The notes under the pieces: model-generated
The model's database searches: none
What the model was told of the DNA's origin: nothing
What the model saw: the letters and a program-made list of their open reading frames with translations, nothing else
Shown here: positions 39,871-54,107 of the stretch, in pieces
How the letters are laid out: each line of letters opens with the position of its first letter
Numbering within the stretch: position 1 is the stretch's first letter
Position numbers and translations under genes: made by a program
DNA from: Eledone cirrhosa
Lineage: Eukaryota
Reading direction: 5' to 3'
Length of the DNA stretch: 64,000 bases
NCBI GenBank assembly: GCA_964016885.1
Contig: OZ024740.1
Coordinates: 188,294,001 to 188,358,000, forward strand

Positions 39871-42800
39871 CATTGTTGTTGTTGTTTCTTGATAGTTAAA
39901 AATATAGCTAACCAGTTCCTTGTGAAACTCAACTGTTAGAAATCAAGGCATTGCTTACAATGATCTTAATTGATATATGTGGGAAAAGTTTTTTACTGAG
40001 TACTATGTATGTTATATAGCTGACTCATTAGAATGTCAGATTGAAGGCTTCATGGTATTCAATTTGGTTATCTGCTCTCTGAGTTAAATTCTCACCAAGG
40101 TCAACTTTGCCTTTCATACTTTCAAAGTTGATAAAAAGAATTCCAGTCAATTATTCCTCTATCTACTTTCTAACTTCCATTCTTTCACTCTCTAAGTCTC
40201 TCTGGAGGAAATCTGCTGACCTGGAGAGGATTGGACTCCACCATGTTTGCAAAATGCTCTAGAAATATTGTATCTCAATATGGCACCCCTACAACTCCCT
40301 GGGGAGTTCTCAGACCATGTATGTATGTATATATGATATAACGTCCTCGTACTGCATGCACTCATCACCATGTTTCGTGTATTCTAGCATGGGTTGGGTG
40401 CAAAACTGTTTTAGGTTGGATATTGTTCATGATACTAATCCTTACTTGTTTCATTTTTAAGTAGGGTACTGTATTTTTCACATCAGAACACTGAACTGAA
40501 GAATGCTTGTATATAAATAATTATCACTTCCACTGGAATCAAATGTGAAGTGTTAGATATGGGAAAAAACACACATGCTTGTAAACATACACCCATATGT
40601 ACATGTATGTTCATCTTTACAAATAAAGAAGTGAAGAATGATACATATGAGTGGAAATAAATAATAAAATCCATTGGTGATTGGTAATGAATTCAATTAG
40701 GAATGATATATTTAAATTTATATTTTTGAGATACAATTTATTCTATCAATATATTAAAATGCTCAGATTCAAACTGAAATGCATATTTGGCAGAAACGCC
40801 CTACAGTTATAAATTCAACTCCCTGTGTTGTGTTATCTAAAAGAAAGTGATTTTTTAAAATAATTTATTGAGCACATAATAGTAGTTTTACATGTTTAAG
40901 AATGAATGGAATTATTTTTATCATTTTTTATGAAATAATTTAAGAAAAGACATTTATTATGTGAAGTATTGAAAACTATCTGATTTTTATTTAGAAAGAA
41001 TATCTATTTGCATTTCTCACAGAAGATCAACTTTGTTATATCATGCTGTCTGCAATATATTCTCTAAAGTCAATTTTCATTTGTACTTTTATGATGCATA
41101 AAATATAAGGTGATTTAAATTCCCCCCATTTCATTCTATGAGGCTTAAATATTTATGATGGACTCTAGAAATTTCCCCACCACCATAAATTTGTTAAAAC
41201 TAGAAACCCCTCCAATAGCTTTATTTTATTGTTTTCCTCAATTGTGAGGGTGGGTGCATATAAGTAGAGTGCTTATACTGAGCATAGATATTTGAATGAT
41301 AATTTGAGAATTATTACATTGTTTTATCTATTAAGCTGGTGTTCAGAATTTACCTTAAAAATGCTCTTACATAAAATCACAAGAGAAGGTTTTTAAATAA
41401 ATATAGGCACTATAAAATACACAGTTTTGTATTGTAGAAACAGAGGCAGTTTCCAGTGGTTTTGTACGAAAATGGTAAAATAAGCAACTGAGTATGTTAA
41501 AAAGCTTGTTCTTGGCAATAGTTTATTGAGTATATCTCAAATACAATCTAAATCTATCAGATCTTTTAATTTAAAAACAAATTCTTATGCATCAATATTC
41601 TTGCAGCTGCTTTATACAATGTGAATTACTGTTAATTATTTAAAGTCAGTGAGTTGTTAACTACATTGGATCATCATTATTTTCATTGAACAGTTTATTA
41701 GCATTGTCTATCTTGATTTAAAAGATACTTTCTCTGTAAATATTCATAATAATTGTTTTAAGCCAAGATGTTTTCTTTCAAAGAATTTTCTTTCAATTTC
41801 TTAATATGAAAACTGTAGATACATTCTAGAACAAAAGAGTCATTTAAGAAAAATATTTCAATTTAACTCAATAAATAGATGTAAATGCTTTGTGACAAAT
41901 TCCCTCTTGATGTTTTATGTTATCAGAGTAAAAAAAATAAAATATCCAATTTAGAAGAATTGTTTTTGTTTTATTTGAATAGCATTAGATTTAGTTGTCA
42001 CATTATCTGAAATACTAACAACAATTTTATTCGACTTCCCCATAGCTAAACATTTGGGAAATGGAATAATCTTAGTAAATAATATTTGTGGTTTTACAGA
42101 ATTTAAAATAGGAACCAATGCATCAGAAATATTTTGTCTTTCTATCTATACACCTCAGTAAACTGTCAGATATGATTCTTATCTTGTTACATGAGAATCA
42201 TTGAAGAATCAATTGTATTGTGCAATGGGAATTACTCAAAGTTTAACAATATTAAGTGTTTATTCCAATGAAATATATTCAAAGAGTCCTTTGTTTACTT
42301 TGTATTAGTAAAATAATTATTTTTGTTAACATAGAATCATTATTTTTAAATATAAAAGAAATATTGTGCACACATACCTATCTTAAGTTAGTTTTTCATA
42401 CTTACAAACAGTTGAGGTGTCTCTAAATTTGAATTTGATCATGTAATGGAATAAATGTGTTTTATTTGCTGAATGCAATTCCCAGCACTAACCTGTGAGT
42501 TGGCATAGTTAGATTGAAAGGTGACTCTAGCAAAGATGATGTGAAGTCATTATAATATTGTGCAATGATTTTTTTACCTACCATGTGCTTACGAAGAAAT
42601 GAATGTGCTTCCACTTAAATAAACCTGCTAATATATCAGCTAAATATTTTGTAAAGTATATATTTTTTGTTGTATGAGCTTTACTGCATTTATAAAACCG
42701 TATTGATAGAACAGTAAAAAGTTACTGGAATAATTAAATACATGCATCCATTTAAAAACACAACCAAGTATTCTGAGAAACATCTGCTGAATAAAATTCA

Positions 42801-43084
42801 TGGTTGGTTTAGGAGATTTAAACTAATCAATTCCTATATGTTACAAAACGTTTCTTTTTAATATGAACATTTTGTTGAAATATAATTAAAAATTTTAATA
42901 TGATGAAACACCAGACCTTGGCCTGTTTTAATGCAGCATTCATACATTATTTCTTAGCTTGAATATCACTGAAATTGAAATTCTCATTGTGCTGGGATTA
43001 ATAAAAAGTGTATCAGAAACATTGAAACATCACTTCATTGTACTCTACTCTTATGAAAAAGTAACCATAAGACCATTATCACCA

Positions 43085-43390
43085 TCAACCTCATCATTAC
43101 AACTTAACGTCCATTTTTTCATGCTGGCATGGATTAATCAAATTGTTCCATTGTGAAAAAAGTCTGATCAGATGACCATGTGTTCCCCATGCAGAAATAT
43201 TTCTGGTTGGTCTCTATGGTTGGATGTCCTTAACATCAACCACATTTACAGTGTGGGCTGGGCGCTTTTTATCATTGACACCAACACGACCATTTTACAG
43301 TGTGGACAAGGAACGTTTTGTCATGTCTCTAACTTGACCACTTTACAGTGTGGTCTGGGAATTTGTTTTAGTCCTGGCACCAATACAAAA
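43085..43390 (-). mobile_element. RTE 3'-UTR module C fragment
   Basis: ttaacgtccatttttcatgctggcatgg tail and three accac(a)tttacagtgtgg units. Confidence 0.75.
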
Positions 43391-43605
43391 TAAATAGTAA
43401 TAATCAAAATTAATATCAAGAATATTGACAATTCAAAATAAATCCAATACCTGTGTTAGAGGGGAAACAATGTTTGTGTAGGCTGTATTATTTCCCTCTA
43501 TTAAATGAATGACATGCTCATCTCCTATATGGAACTAAATTTGATTCTTTTAAACATCTCTGATGAGTGACTTTTCTAAGTATCAATTAGTTATAATGTG
43601 AATGA

Positions 43606-43850
43606 GTGTGGCTTAGTGGTTAGAGAATTAGATTCACATTTCTAGGGTTGTGAGTTTGATTCCCAGACTGAGCATTGCAGAATGTCTTTGAGCAAAACAC
43701 TTTATTTCACGTTGCTCATTCTAGTAAGGGTTGCAACCGATAGATAGAATCAGTGATAGAAAGACCAATGGAAACACTGTTTTCTGGGTTTGATTTTACA
43801 CTTGTTTCACACTATATCATAAAGCAAATGAGATCTGGGACTTACTTCAT
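43606..43850 (+). mobile_element. CORE-like SINE with module D tail
   Basis: A-box tggcttagtggttag, gagtttgattccc B-box, tgagcaaaacactttatttcacgttgctc core, gaaagaccaatggaaacactg tail. Confidence 0.78.
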
Positions 43851-45334
43851 CTAATTTGATTATTGTTAATTGGCAGGTGATTTATGTTTTGCAATCCACT
43901 TTCTTCAAAATTATTGTACAAGTGAACGCATGTAATGGTCATCCTTTATTTATCATTTATCAAAGAGATAAATAAAACCAGGATGACTCCATGTAAATGA
44001 GAAAGAAATGTTCAGATACAGTGTTGCCACAACATTGAAACCTATTTCTTGAATACTTTCACAGTTTCTTTTGTGTAATTCTTTTACTGAAAATTCCTAT
44101 TCACATTGCACTATCGATCATGCTGCGGAAATAAAAACTGAATCGCTATTATGGCTAGTCATGATATTTCATGGTTATTAGTGGCTGAAAGCCAGGCAGC
44201 GGTATTTTATTTTTTTTACGTGTTTGTTCAAATCCAGTTTTAGAGCAATTTGACATAAATGAACACCATACAATTTATTCACTTAGAAAAACAGAAAAGA
44301 TTTGTTTCTTTGGCTATCTCTCCTTGTATTGAAACACAATTTGGCACATCAGATTAAAAAAATATTTTAAATAATTCAAAAAAATTTAATTTGAATTTGG
44401 ATGGAAAATAATTATTCTGAATTGGGAACATGTTTGAAATATTCATTTATAATCTATATCATCATTATTCTCATCATCATCATCCCTGGTTAACGCCCAT
44501 TTTTCCATGCTAGCATAGTTCAGATGAGTTGCTCCATTGCGAGACAAGTAAGATCAGATGACCATGTCCTGCTTACACTGAAATGTATATAACAGTAATT
44601 ATTAAATGGTAGAGGTTTAAGTAATTATATATTCTACATTAGTTAACAAGGGTAAAGAAATATTGGAAAAATCTTCATGTCATAACTGCTAGTGTTAACT
44701 TAAATGAGCTTTTACAAAATAAAAAAACTTATTCCCCATTGGTCATTGCGTAAGCAAAAAGGTTCCATTGTAAATGGCTGGAATAAAAATTGATTGTTGA
44801 ATGTTCTGAGTATAATAAGCTTCACATTGCTGGAGAAGAACATTTAGCTCATATGTTTACTAGTATGACATAGAAATAATTATATAGAAGATCAACTTCA
44901 TAGGTGTTCAATTTGTATGCAATGACTGCTTCATTATTTGATAAAATCTCTCTCTCTTGCTCAGGTTTGCTCACACACATTTACAAGGGAAAAGCTAATA
45001 AATTGAACAAATTCCTGAATTTGATTGTAATTACAACATACTTATATCTCATTAAGAGAATTTTGGCTGAAATATTGACTACAACAACAATTCTTGTATT
45101 TCTAAAATCTTTGAGTAACTTCTTATTTCATCTTGAATTTCCATGAATATGTTATATATCGAAATAAATATTTAGATTCACACCAAACGACTTTGCTATA
45201 TATAAATATATATATGTGTGTGTGTGTGTGGGGTCTGTATGTAAACATGAAAACAACATTCTGTATTCTAGGTAAATACGCATGCAATTTTAAAAAATGC
45301 ATGTAATTCATAGTCTGTATATTAAACATCTTTC

Positions 45335-45378
<44 letters not shown>

Positions 45379-45448
45379 TGTGTATATGTATATATGTATA
45401 TGCATACATGAATGCAAGTGCATGCATGTGTATATATATATATATATA

Positions 45449-46151
45449 TTTATTAAAATAACAGATTAAAGTTTAAGCAAAGAATCGCTGCTTTCACCCT
45501 TAACGGGATCTTCTGAAACTAACAAAGTCAATCTGTGAATGCAGAATTGAATATTTCAAAAACGTTGCAACCGGAGCAAGACAGGAAGACGATACTTTGG
45601 TCCGTAGAAACGTTCCCTGGCAAAGAACGGGAAAAAAACGAATATAATACGTCATTATTTGGAGCGGTGAAAAACAATTAAACGCAAAGACAGAACCACG
45701 TTTATGGTATAAAAGAAGTCGTAGACTAATATTCTCTTAGGTGGTTCATAGAGAGGTTCTCTGGCAATGAACGGAAAAAACGAAGATAATACGTCATGTG
45801 TGGAGCGTGGAGAACAATTGCACGCAAAGACAAAACCACGTAAATGGTATAACTGAAGACGTAGACTAAAATTCTAACTACGAAAGCGAATGATTCTCGG
45901 CTTCAGAGTTAAGAATAAGGTAAATAAAATACAGAGGTAATTGAAATTAAATAAATACATACACGCATCCGTATACGTACATACAGAAGCATACGCGAAA
46001 ATATTCGCTATAGATTCTTTGCTTAAACTTTAATCTGTTATTTTAATAAATATTTGCTCTATGGTTCTTATATATTTGATATATATTTATCCTTATCGAG
46101 CCCTCTTTGGATTTTAGTCTTCAAATTTATTATTATTATTATTATTATTAC
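45449..46151 (+). mobile_element. (TA)n-inserted asymmetric inverted element, family 3, copy 1 (long inverted part, short direct part plus tail)
   Basis: 45449-45486 is the reverse complement of 46013-46050. Tail 46051-46151 ends (att)n-ac-(ta)n. 45449-~45995 matches the reverse complement of ~61245-61845. Confidence 0.85.
45461..45536 (-). ncRNA. Hammerhead-like type I fold with variant core (family 3)
   Basis: Minus strand: acagattga-ctttgtt-agttt CAGAAGA t-ccc-gttaa-ggg-t GAAA gca-gcgattctt-tgc T T aaact-ttaatctgt. Confidence 0.5.
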
Positions 46152-46267
46152 TATATATATATATATGTGTGTGTGTGCATATATATATCTATATATATGT
46201 ATGCATATGTGTGTGTATATATATATATTTGATAAAGGATGATGATGATGATATATATATATATATA

Positions 46268-46599
46268 TCATCATCATTTTACATCCGCTTTTCCCTGCTT
46301 GCAAAGGTGGTACGTGAACTGATTCTGGCTTGATTTCTACAGTTGGATGCCCTTCCTAACACCAACCTCATTTGCAGTGAGTGATGGGTGCTTTGTTCTC
46401 CGTGGTGTCTACACGTCCTCTTTACAGTGGAATGATAGGAACCCCAGTCCTATCATCTCATTTCTACAGCTGAGTAAACTGGGGCAATGTGAAATAAAGT
46501 GTCTTGCTCAAGGAAACAACACATCACCCGGTCTGAGAATTGAACTCACAACCTTTCGATTGCAAGCCCAATGCTTTAACCCCTAAGCCATGTGCCTCC
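46268..46599 (-). mobile_element. Full-length CORE-like tRNA SINE with RTE 3'-UTR tail
   Basis: Minus strand: ggaggcacatggcttaggggttaaagc A-box, gagttcaattctc B-box, CORE-like segment, module C and (gat)n end; same family as 35132-35418. Confidence 0.88.
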
Positions 46600-49500
46600 A
46601 TGTAAACGTTAATGCTAAAATATTTTTATTGCTTTCTCTAAAGGAAAAAGATATATATTTCTTACGTCAAAACAATATTTAATGTTTTCTCTATGATTTT
46701 ATATAGCCAAACATTAGGAATATTAAGGATGTTAATATTGTTAAATGAGCTATGATAATATATGTATATATATATACATATACTTACTAAATGATCATTG
46801 TAACAGGTCCCAACATTTTGTTATATTAATATTTATATTCTTTTATATTCTGGAATTCAGTTTCTTTTTTAAACATATTTTAGAAGAAAACTGTTTGAGA
46901 TGGCAACAAGTCTAATGTACTAATGAGCATCCATATACTTATAGACATAGACACAAAACATGTATGTGAGAGTGATGGATAATAGAAACTTAATTTCAAC
47001 ATAGTACAAGAAAAAATATAATTAAAGATACATCTGTCCTTATTAATCATGAAGTTGATAATGATGCATGAATGGAAAAACAATAAAAATGGATAAAAGA
47101 GGAAGATGTCACATTTATTATCATTTATCACCCTATATTACATATTCATGATAATAGGGATAATAATTTATTTTTACATCATTCTCATTTTCTTTGACAT
47201 TGCCATCATCACAATCATCAATCTCATTATCATTGGTATTGACATCATAAACATTTTTATCTTTTAACATCTATTTTCCCATTCTAGTTAATATATATGC
47301 ATTTGCAAGACAGTATATTCCCATGATTTTTTCTTCTGTTTAATCGTTCCATTCTCAAATCAATATCCTTTACAACCAATCATTTTTCTGCACTCTGCAC
47401 CCATTTATATTGATATACATTTGTCAAATAAGAATTGAAAAATAATTTAAAGTTCCATAATTGAGTTTGTAGAAAATTAAATGAAAACACCATCAGAATT
47501 GATAAATATTTTTGCAGTCTTTTTATTTTCCATTATCCATATTTCACTACAATACAGCATCACACTGCTCCATATATTTGTCAACTAATTCTAATAAATT
47601 CCGATGAATCATAGTTGTCAAAACCTGACTGAGTCCACCTAACTAGCCTAATTGATTCTTCGAGAATCATTACTGTTCTAATCAAAACAAAATACAGAGC
47701 AGAATCTCAAATTAAGTACATAAATTATAGTAACTATTACTGATTGGATTATTACAGAAATCGATTCTATAAAATGAGTGATCGTTGGGTGTATACTATG
47801 GAAAATTACTAGATTCACTTCATAGAAGATTCATGTAGCAAGTAAAGAACTGTGTCTATAAAAAGTATCATATTATTAGATATAATTACTGGATTCTTGC
47901 CACAAAATATAAATACATATAATTTGTTGTTTAAATCTGATCATCTTAATTTCATATATATTCATGTTCATTAAATATTTCTCAGCTTCAGTAAGCACAA
48001 CAATAATTAGCCTATTATGTAAGAATGTGTGCTTAAAACTAGTAATTCCTTTGCTACGGATGTTCATGATGGGAAATTGAAAGGGATTTACTCATAGATT
48101 ATTGGGTGTGGATTACAATACTTATGATTTGGTTTGCATTCAAATGTGGATGTAAAATGTGTAATTGAATGTGTATGTGAGTATGCACATGTAAGATTCA
48201 AAATAAATATATTCTTGCTAGTTTGGAACAGAACAATCAGATAGATTTCTATAATTAAATGATTGAATTATAATTGAAATGAACCTTGTAAGATCCTTTT
48301 GAACTATTAAGTTATGTGAAAATTACTACTTTTATCCAGGAGAAATACTTTGTTCCAGCGGTTTGAATTGTGATTCTTTTCAACTCATGTGTGGTCTCAA
48401 TTCTAATTATATTTTTGAATATCAATATTTCATTGAATAATTAATTCAAAAGGTTTAGTTGTACATCTGGAATTAGTACTTAATTGAATATCACAGATGA
48501 AGTCCAGCAAATGGTGGAATTTAGTAAGTGTCATCTGTGATTAGGAGATACACTATGAGTAACCTGAGTAAATAAACTCAACTAATAAAATGAAATCTAA
48601 TTAATGCAGTGTTGAACTTGGCATGAGATATTTGAATATTTCAATTATTTGTGGGATTGCATTAGTTATGAATCTAACATATAGATGTTGTGTTCAATGT
48701 GTTTTCCCTTGCAATCAAATATTCTTCATTACTATCAATTCCTTCTTATTTTATGCACAAATGTATTCTATTTATTAAAATTCAACACAACTTTTGCTCA
48801 GTGATAAAATGTAGCATCAATGCTTCCCTACTTCTGTTTCTAATAAATGCTCTGGTGAATCTTCATTTCTTAAGCTTATAGCAGCTTTTCTTTAAATGAA
48901 GGATATAAATGTATTTATTCAGGGACAAATAAAGAGAAAAGATGACAATTGTGAGATTTATCTCAAATAGTTCACCAGACTGGATGTTACAAAATATGTT
49001 GTTGCCTTCTCTACTGTATTTGTTGTTTCAGTTAATTGAGTTTATTGCTGGAAACATGTTGTTAAGCTCAATGACAATCCAGCAAACCTATCTGGCTGTC
49101 CCAGATTTTAGTATTTGTACAAAACATAATCTCCATAAGAACTGATTTTTTTTTTCTTTAGCATACTTTTTATTTATCCTCATTTAATCAGTTAGTTAAG
49201 AGGAGAAGTTTTTGCAGGCTCTCTCATATTGTTGATGCAGTTATATTCATCTCCAATAACTGAAGGAAAAACACTTGTGCTTTGTAGAGAGTTAAAAATA
49301 GACATAACATGTGGTGATGCTTCTGCTGGGTGGGAAAATGGAAATAGTGAAGATTTGTCTAGTGCATGCTATTTGATGTTGAATGTTAAGTGAGCAGCAT
49401 ATGTGAATCCATAATGTTTGAAACATGGCTGATAGGAAGATCCTGTGAAAGTAATTGATATCCATTTAACAAGCAATCAGAAAGATGGAAGTTTAGTATG

Positions 49501-49827
49501 TGAAGGGCCTTGCAGTGATGCAATAGATCGAGGTATCATCTTTTATGTTACAGATGAGTGTATTGTAAGGATAGGATTATTTTGGTGGGAAATGTTATAC
49601 AGTAAACATTTGAAGGCAAAGTAGAACAAGTTCTTTGGCTGTACATCTGCCACATATATTTTGATGGCGTAAGGGAAGTGGTGAGACAAACCTAAGGGCA
49701 TAGTCTCAGCTATCTGCTTAGTTGTCTGTGAAGGGTTATTGCTGATAAAGGTAGTTAGCTTTGAATTAGTGAAGCTGCAGCAAAGTCCAGGGATTATGGG
49801 TAGTAGCTTACTATATGGATACATGAT

Positions 49828-50147
49828 GAATGGCTTAGTGGTTAGAGCATCAGGATTGCAATCATAGGATTCTGAGACCAGTTCATGTGTTGTTTCTTTG
49901 AACAAGACACTTTATTTCACGTTGCTCCAGTTTACTCAGCTGTAAAAATGCGTTGCGACATCACTGGTGCAAGCTGTATCGGCCATTACCTTTCCCTTGG
50001 ACATCATTGGTAGTGTAGAGAGGGGAGACTGGTATGGATGGGCAACTGCTGGCCTTCCAAAAACAACCTTGCCTGGAATTTTGCCTCAAACGGAAACTTT
50101 CTAGGCACAAATGCCATGGTCATTCATAACCGAAGAGGGTCTTTACA
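49828..50147 (+). mobile_element. CORE-like tRNA SINE (family B, tail type 1)
   Basis: tggcttagtggttagagc A-box, caagacactttatttcacgttgctccagtttactcagctgtaaaaatg core; tail shared with 7590-7790. Confidence 0.85.
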
Positions 50148-50939
50148 CCATAGTTAGGATTAGGCACTATTTGGCCTCACTAATTGCATTTAATATTGAT
50201 TATAGCTAAAGCTTTTATTGAGAGTAGCAGTTTGCATGTGTGTGTATGAATGTGTGTACAAGAAGAGTGTGTGTGTATGAGTGTGTGCATGAGTGTGTGT
50301 GTGATATTTCTTTGAAATCTCTTGCATTACAAGTTGAAAATTACTACACAAAATACAAATTGATTTTGCAATGAATCTTTATATATTATTAGTGATCACA
50401 AAATATAATTATTTTGTTTTATTTCTTTCTTTCTAATATTCACCTATCTAATTGCATTACGATAATCTTTGTAACAATAGAGATTAATTCTATCCTCCAG
50501 GTGCATAGTTTAGTTGAATATGTACTCAATGACAGAAGTTTCTTATTACTACAAGCACTGTTTTGATGATGTCTGGTGTTGGTTATATTTGAAATCTCAT
50601 AATATTGTTTTCTTTTGATAAGGAAAAGGATCAATTTTTTTGTAAGGAAGAGTTGAGTAAATCAACTTCTCTATATTGCTGGTATTTATTTCATGGAAGG
50701 ATGAAAGGTAATGTTGATTCCTTCAGATGTTGAGTGTGTATACTATTGTTTAGAGTTTTATATCAATACTGTTTATTTTCTGTAATCCACAGGACTTCAG
50801 GAATGATTATCAATTAGATGGCAGAATTTTATTTTCCATATTATTAAATGGAGTTGGCAGTCGTGTGAATTGGCTTCTTTTAAAATATTTATAAATCTTC
50901 ATTACATATTAAATAAGCACATTAAATATCTATATCAAC

Positions 50940-51240
50940 ACCATCATCACCATTTTATGCCCATGCTTGCATGGGTTCAATGGCTTCTTTTCAGCATATC
51001 ATCTCTCTAAATTTCTCAGTCCTTCATCATCTCTGTGAGGTTCAATAATTTGAGATCAGCTCTGACAACTTCTGCCCAGGTCTTCCTTGGTCTCACTCCA
51101 CTATAGCTTCCTTCCATTAGGATGTCTTGGCATTTCTTCACCCAATATTCATCATCCATACACATCATATAGCCATACCAAGACAGTTTCTCTCCTGCAC
51201 AATACATCAAATTCATTTTAGATCTAGTCTGTCTCTTATC
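50940..51240 (-). mobile_element. RTE LINE 3' end
   Basis: LSWYGYMMCMDDEYWVKKCQDILMEGSYSGVRPRKTWAEVVRADLKLLNLTEMMKD followed by cccatgcaagcatgg..(gat)n. Confidence 0.85.
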
Positions 51241-51969
51241 CTATACTTTAGAGTAGCTTAGAACATTGCACAAAGACTGCTTATAGATATACAAAAAGTT
51301 GCAAACATCCGCTATCAGGAATCAAACCTCATATCTCTGAGAAACTGGGTTAGTGCTCAATAATTGGAGAAAGTGATACATTTTCTTATTCATTCAGTAA
51401 TCACTCAATGAATTGATTAACACTTCATGAAAGAAATTCCAAATTTAGCTGAAGCGTTCCACACAGACAATATTCAAATCTTATGTACTGTACCTACTAA
51501 ATATTCTTCATTTTATACAGTCTTTAATTATTTATCACCCCATCTCCATAAAAGTAATTTGCTTTTTTTATTTTCTGAACTAGATATTTTGGGGTTGAAA
51601 TTATTATTGATTTCTACCTATCATAAATTATATGCATGACTTTTCACTTAAATTTCATATACATATCCTGTTACTGGCAACTAAACTGTATTTTCAATAT
51701 CATCATCATTGTAATTGCTATCAAAATGATAATAGGAAAAAGGCAGTGGATTGATAGAATCATTATTTATGTATTTTTCATATGTTCTGAATTGAAAAAT
51801 TACTGAATTTATTGAAACCATTTTGGTTTCCAACATTGAGAGTTTCATAAAACAGTTAAATACTGGGGTTAATTCAATCAGATGCATGCTCCAATATGTC
51901 TGTGCAAATATTATATATCAATTTTACAATCAAATGTATTCACACCAACATCCAGTTAATAACTCTTAT

Positions 51970-52500
51970 CATCATTACTGGATTAAAAGGCAACTAAAAG
52001 GGTTGGTGCCAAGAATAGCAAGCCACCATAAAACATTTCTTCTAAAAGGACCCATAAAATCCATGAAGCCCTTCATGGAGACTGCAGGAGTTATAAAGTA
52101 GTAAGAAACTCTCAAGAGAGCTAGACAGCGAAAGGTCTGAAGAGAAGAAGACCCCCCCCCCCACTCAATCAAGTATTTCAGCCCTTAACTTCTTACACTC
52201 TAAGGGGTTCGAGCTACATCCAGGACATGAATCCTGGGTGTCTTTCTGTTGACATTTAGGCATTTGGATATCTCTGTATGGAGATTTTGTTGACAAGATC
52301 TAGCTGGAACTTTTCTCTGTAACATTGAGATGTCAACATTGTTACTGCAGCAGCCAATACTCTAATTATGACTTACTCAGAATTACTTCTCTTAGTGTAC
52401 ATTAAAATACAAATATAATGCATTCAAACGGTATGGAGGTCTTCTTTATTCTTTCTCAACTAGATCCAGCTTGAACTTCTCTCCGCTGCCACTGATATTG
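51970..52500 (+). mobile_element. Possible decayed LINE C-terminus (non-RTE)
   Basis: YWIKRQLKGLVPRI and LYGDFVDK..LELF...AAANTL resemble LINE C-terminal motifs; weak, from memory of such families. Confidence 0.35.
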
Positions 52501-54107
52501 CTTTTTGGAAGACTACAAAGCTAACCCTTGCCTTAGCGGCTTTACAATACTTGCAGCATTACTAGATTGCTTTAACTGTAAGCATTGTCATAAAAGCCAT
52601 CAAACATTTACCTTCATATTTTCTATATTGCTATAATGATCATCTGCAGCAACCACGTGAATCCTATAAGTAATATGTAATTACTTGCCTTTTAGAATAC
52701 ATGAATATGTAATTACAGGAGATGAATTATATTAGATGAGTTATCTGCTGTGCTATGTCTCAGATGAGTTCACATTGATTACGAAATATTAGTTTTTACC
52801 AATTGAATGAAAAAAATTTCAGCTCTGGTATGCATGAAAAGAAAGTTATTTCTGTGTACCTAACTTAATCAGGCAAAGCATAAAAATATAATTTTTTTAT
52901 AAAATCATAATAAAACTGATGACTCTATAGTTGTCATTGATGTTATGATCATTATCATCATCACCCCTACTTTCATTATCACTTTCACCACTACCAACAA
53001 AAAGAACAAAATAAATAACATTGCAAAATATATGACAGTAATATCATAATCATGAAATTGCTGTTCATTATAATGATGCCTGTTACAAGGATAGTTATGC
53101 TGAGAACAATTGTGGCACCAACACATTTGTTATGATGAGAATTCTTATCATATGATAAGGGAAAGGATTGTACAAATGATGAGAGCAAAGGTGAGGCTTT
53201 CAGCTTTACATTGACAACAATCGTGAAGCTGAAGGAATACCATTACAAATGATGGTGTAGCTATAATGTATATATAGATGGTAGTATGGTGTTTTATTGA
53301 ATGCTACTACCATTGTTGGTACTATGATTATTATTAACCAACATAATGATGCATTTGTTAAATGTTGTTCCAAAATAATAGAAGTATTAGTTAAACCATA
53401 TGCTTCTCTAATTGTGGCCTTATGTGAGAACACACGCAAGTACATATGTGAGCAGTTATATTTTCTTCCCCTTTTCTTGTGCTTTAATTGGTGGTATTAG
53501 TGATTTGCATTTGCTTCTGCTATCTGGCAATGTATTTCTCATCAATTGCACTCTTGTTAGATGCTTAATTCTTTCTTATATTTTGCTAGTTAACATTTTT
53601 TTAAAAGCAGTATATTTGTCTATCCTTTAATGTTAACACTTAACTATTGCCGTCCTCCTCACACACACACATATATACACAAACACTCAGATTGTTTTAA
53701 TCAGAATATTAATTCTATCATGCTTGTTTTTGCCAGGAATTGTGACTGGTAGATAGTATCAGCAATTGAAAAACCAATGGAAACATTGTTTCTTTGGTCA
53801 AATATGATGTATTCAGCTCCACTCAGTATGCAAATGATGTCTGGGATATTGTTGATCGATCAATCATACTTCTAAAGAAAGTAGCATTTGGAATCATTCC
53901 CCAATGTAAGACTCTACATGTATAAGGGCAATAATAAACTCAGACATTTGAAACGACAACACATTCTTGTAGAAAATCAACAAAATCAAACACAATACTG
54001 ATACATGAAAGCAAATCTAACTTTATAGTATTACTGTTTTTCAAAAACACAATATATCATGGTGTGGTATTTCATCATCAATGTTGTTTCGTTGAAATTC
54101 ATTACAT

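Noticed and set aside
45853-45910. CTGAAGA...GAAA motif on the + strand in family 3 copy 1
   Set aside because: No stem I partner, and both boxes are altered in copy 3.
45449-46050. Family 3 as a classical MITE with 38-bp TIRs and TA TSD
   Set aside because: Arm length varies widely (a 16-nt remnant, 38 bp, 172 bp), the interior flips orientation relative to the tail, and a constant tail lies outside one arm. Disfavoured rather than excluded.
46530-46599. tRNA gene candidates (A/B boxes here and at 43606, 49828, 14473)
   Set aside because: They are SINE heads continuing into CORE or Meta domains; no complete cloverleaf.
48950-49800. Possible LINE endonuclease remnant on the minus strand (VIGD-like motif)
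   Set aside because: Too degraded to support by eye.
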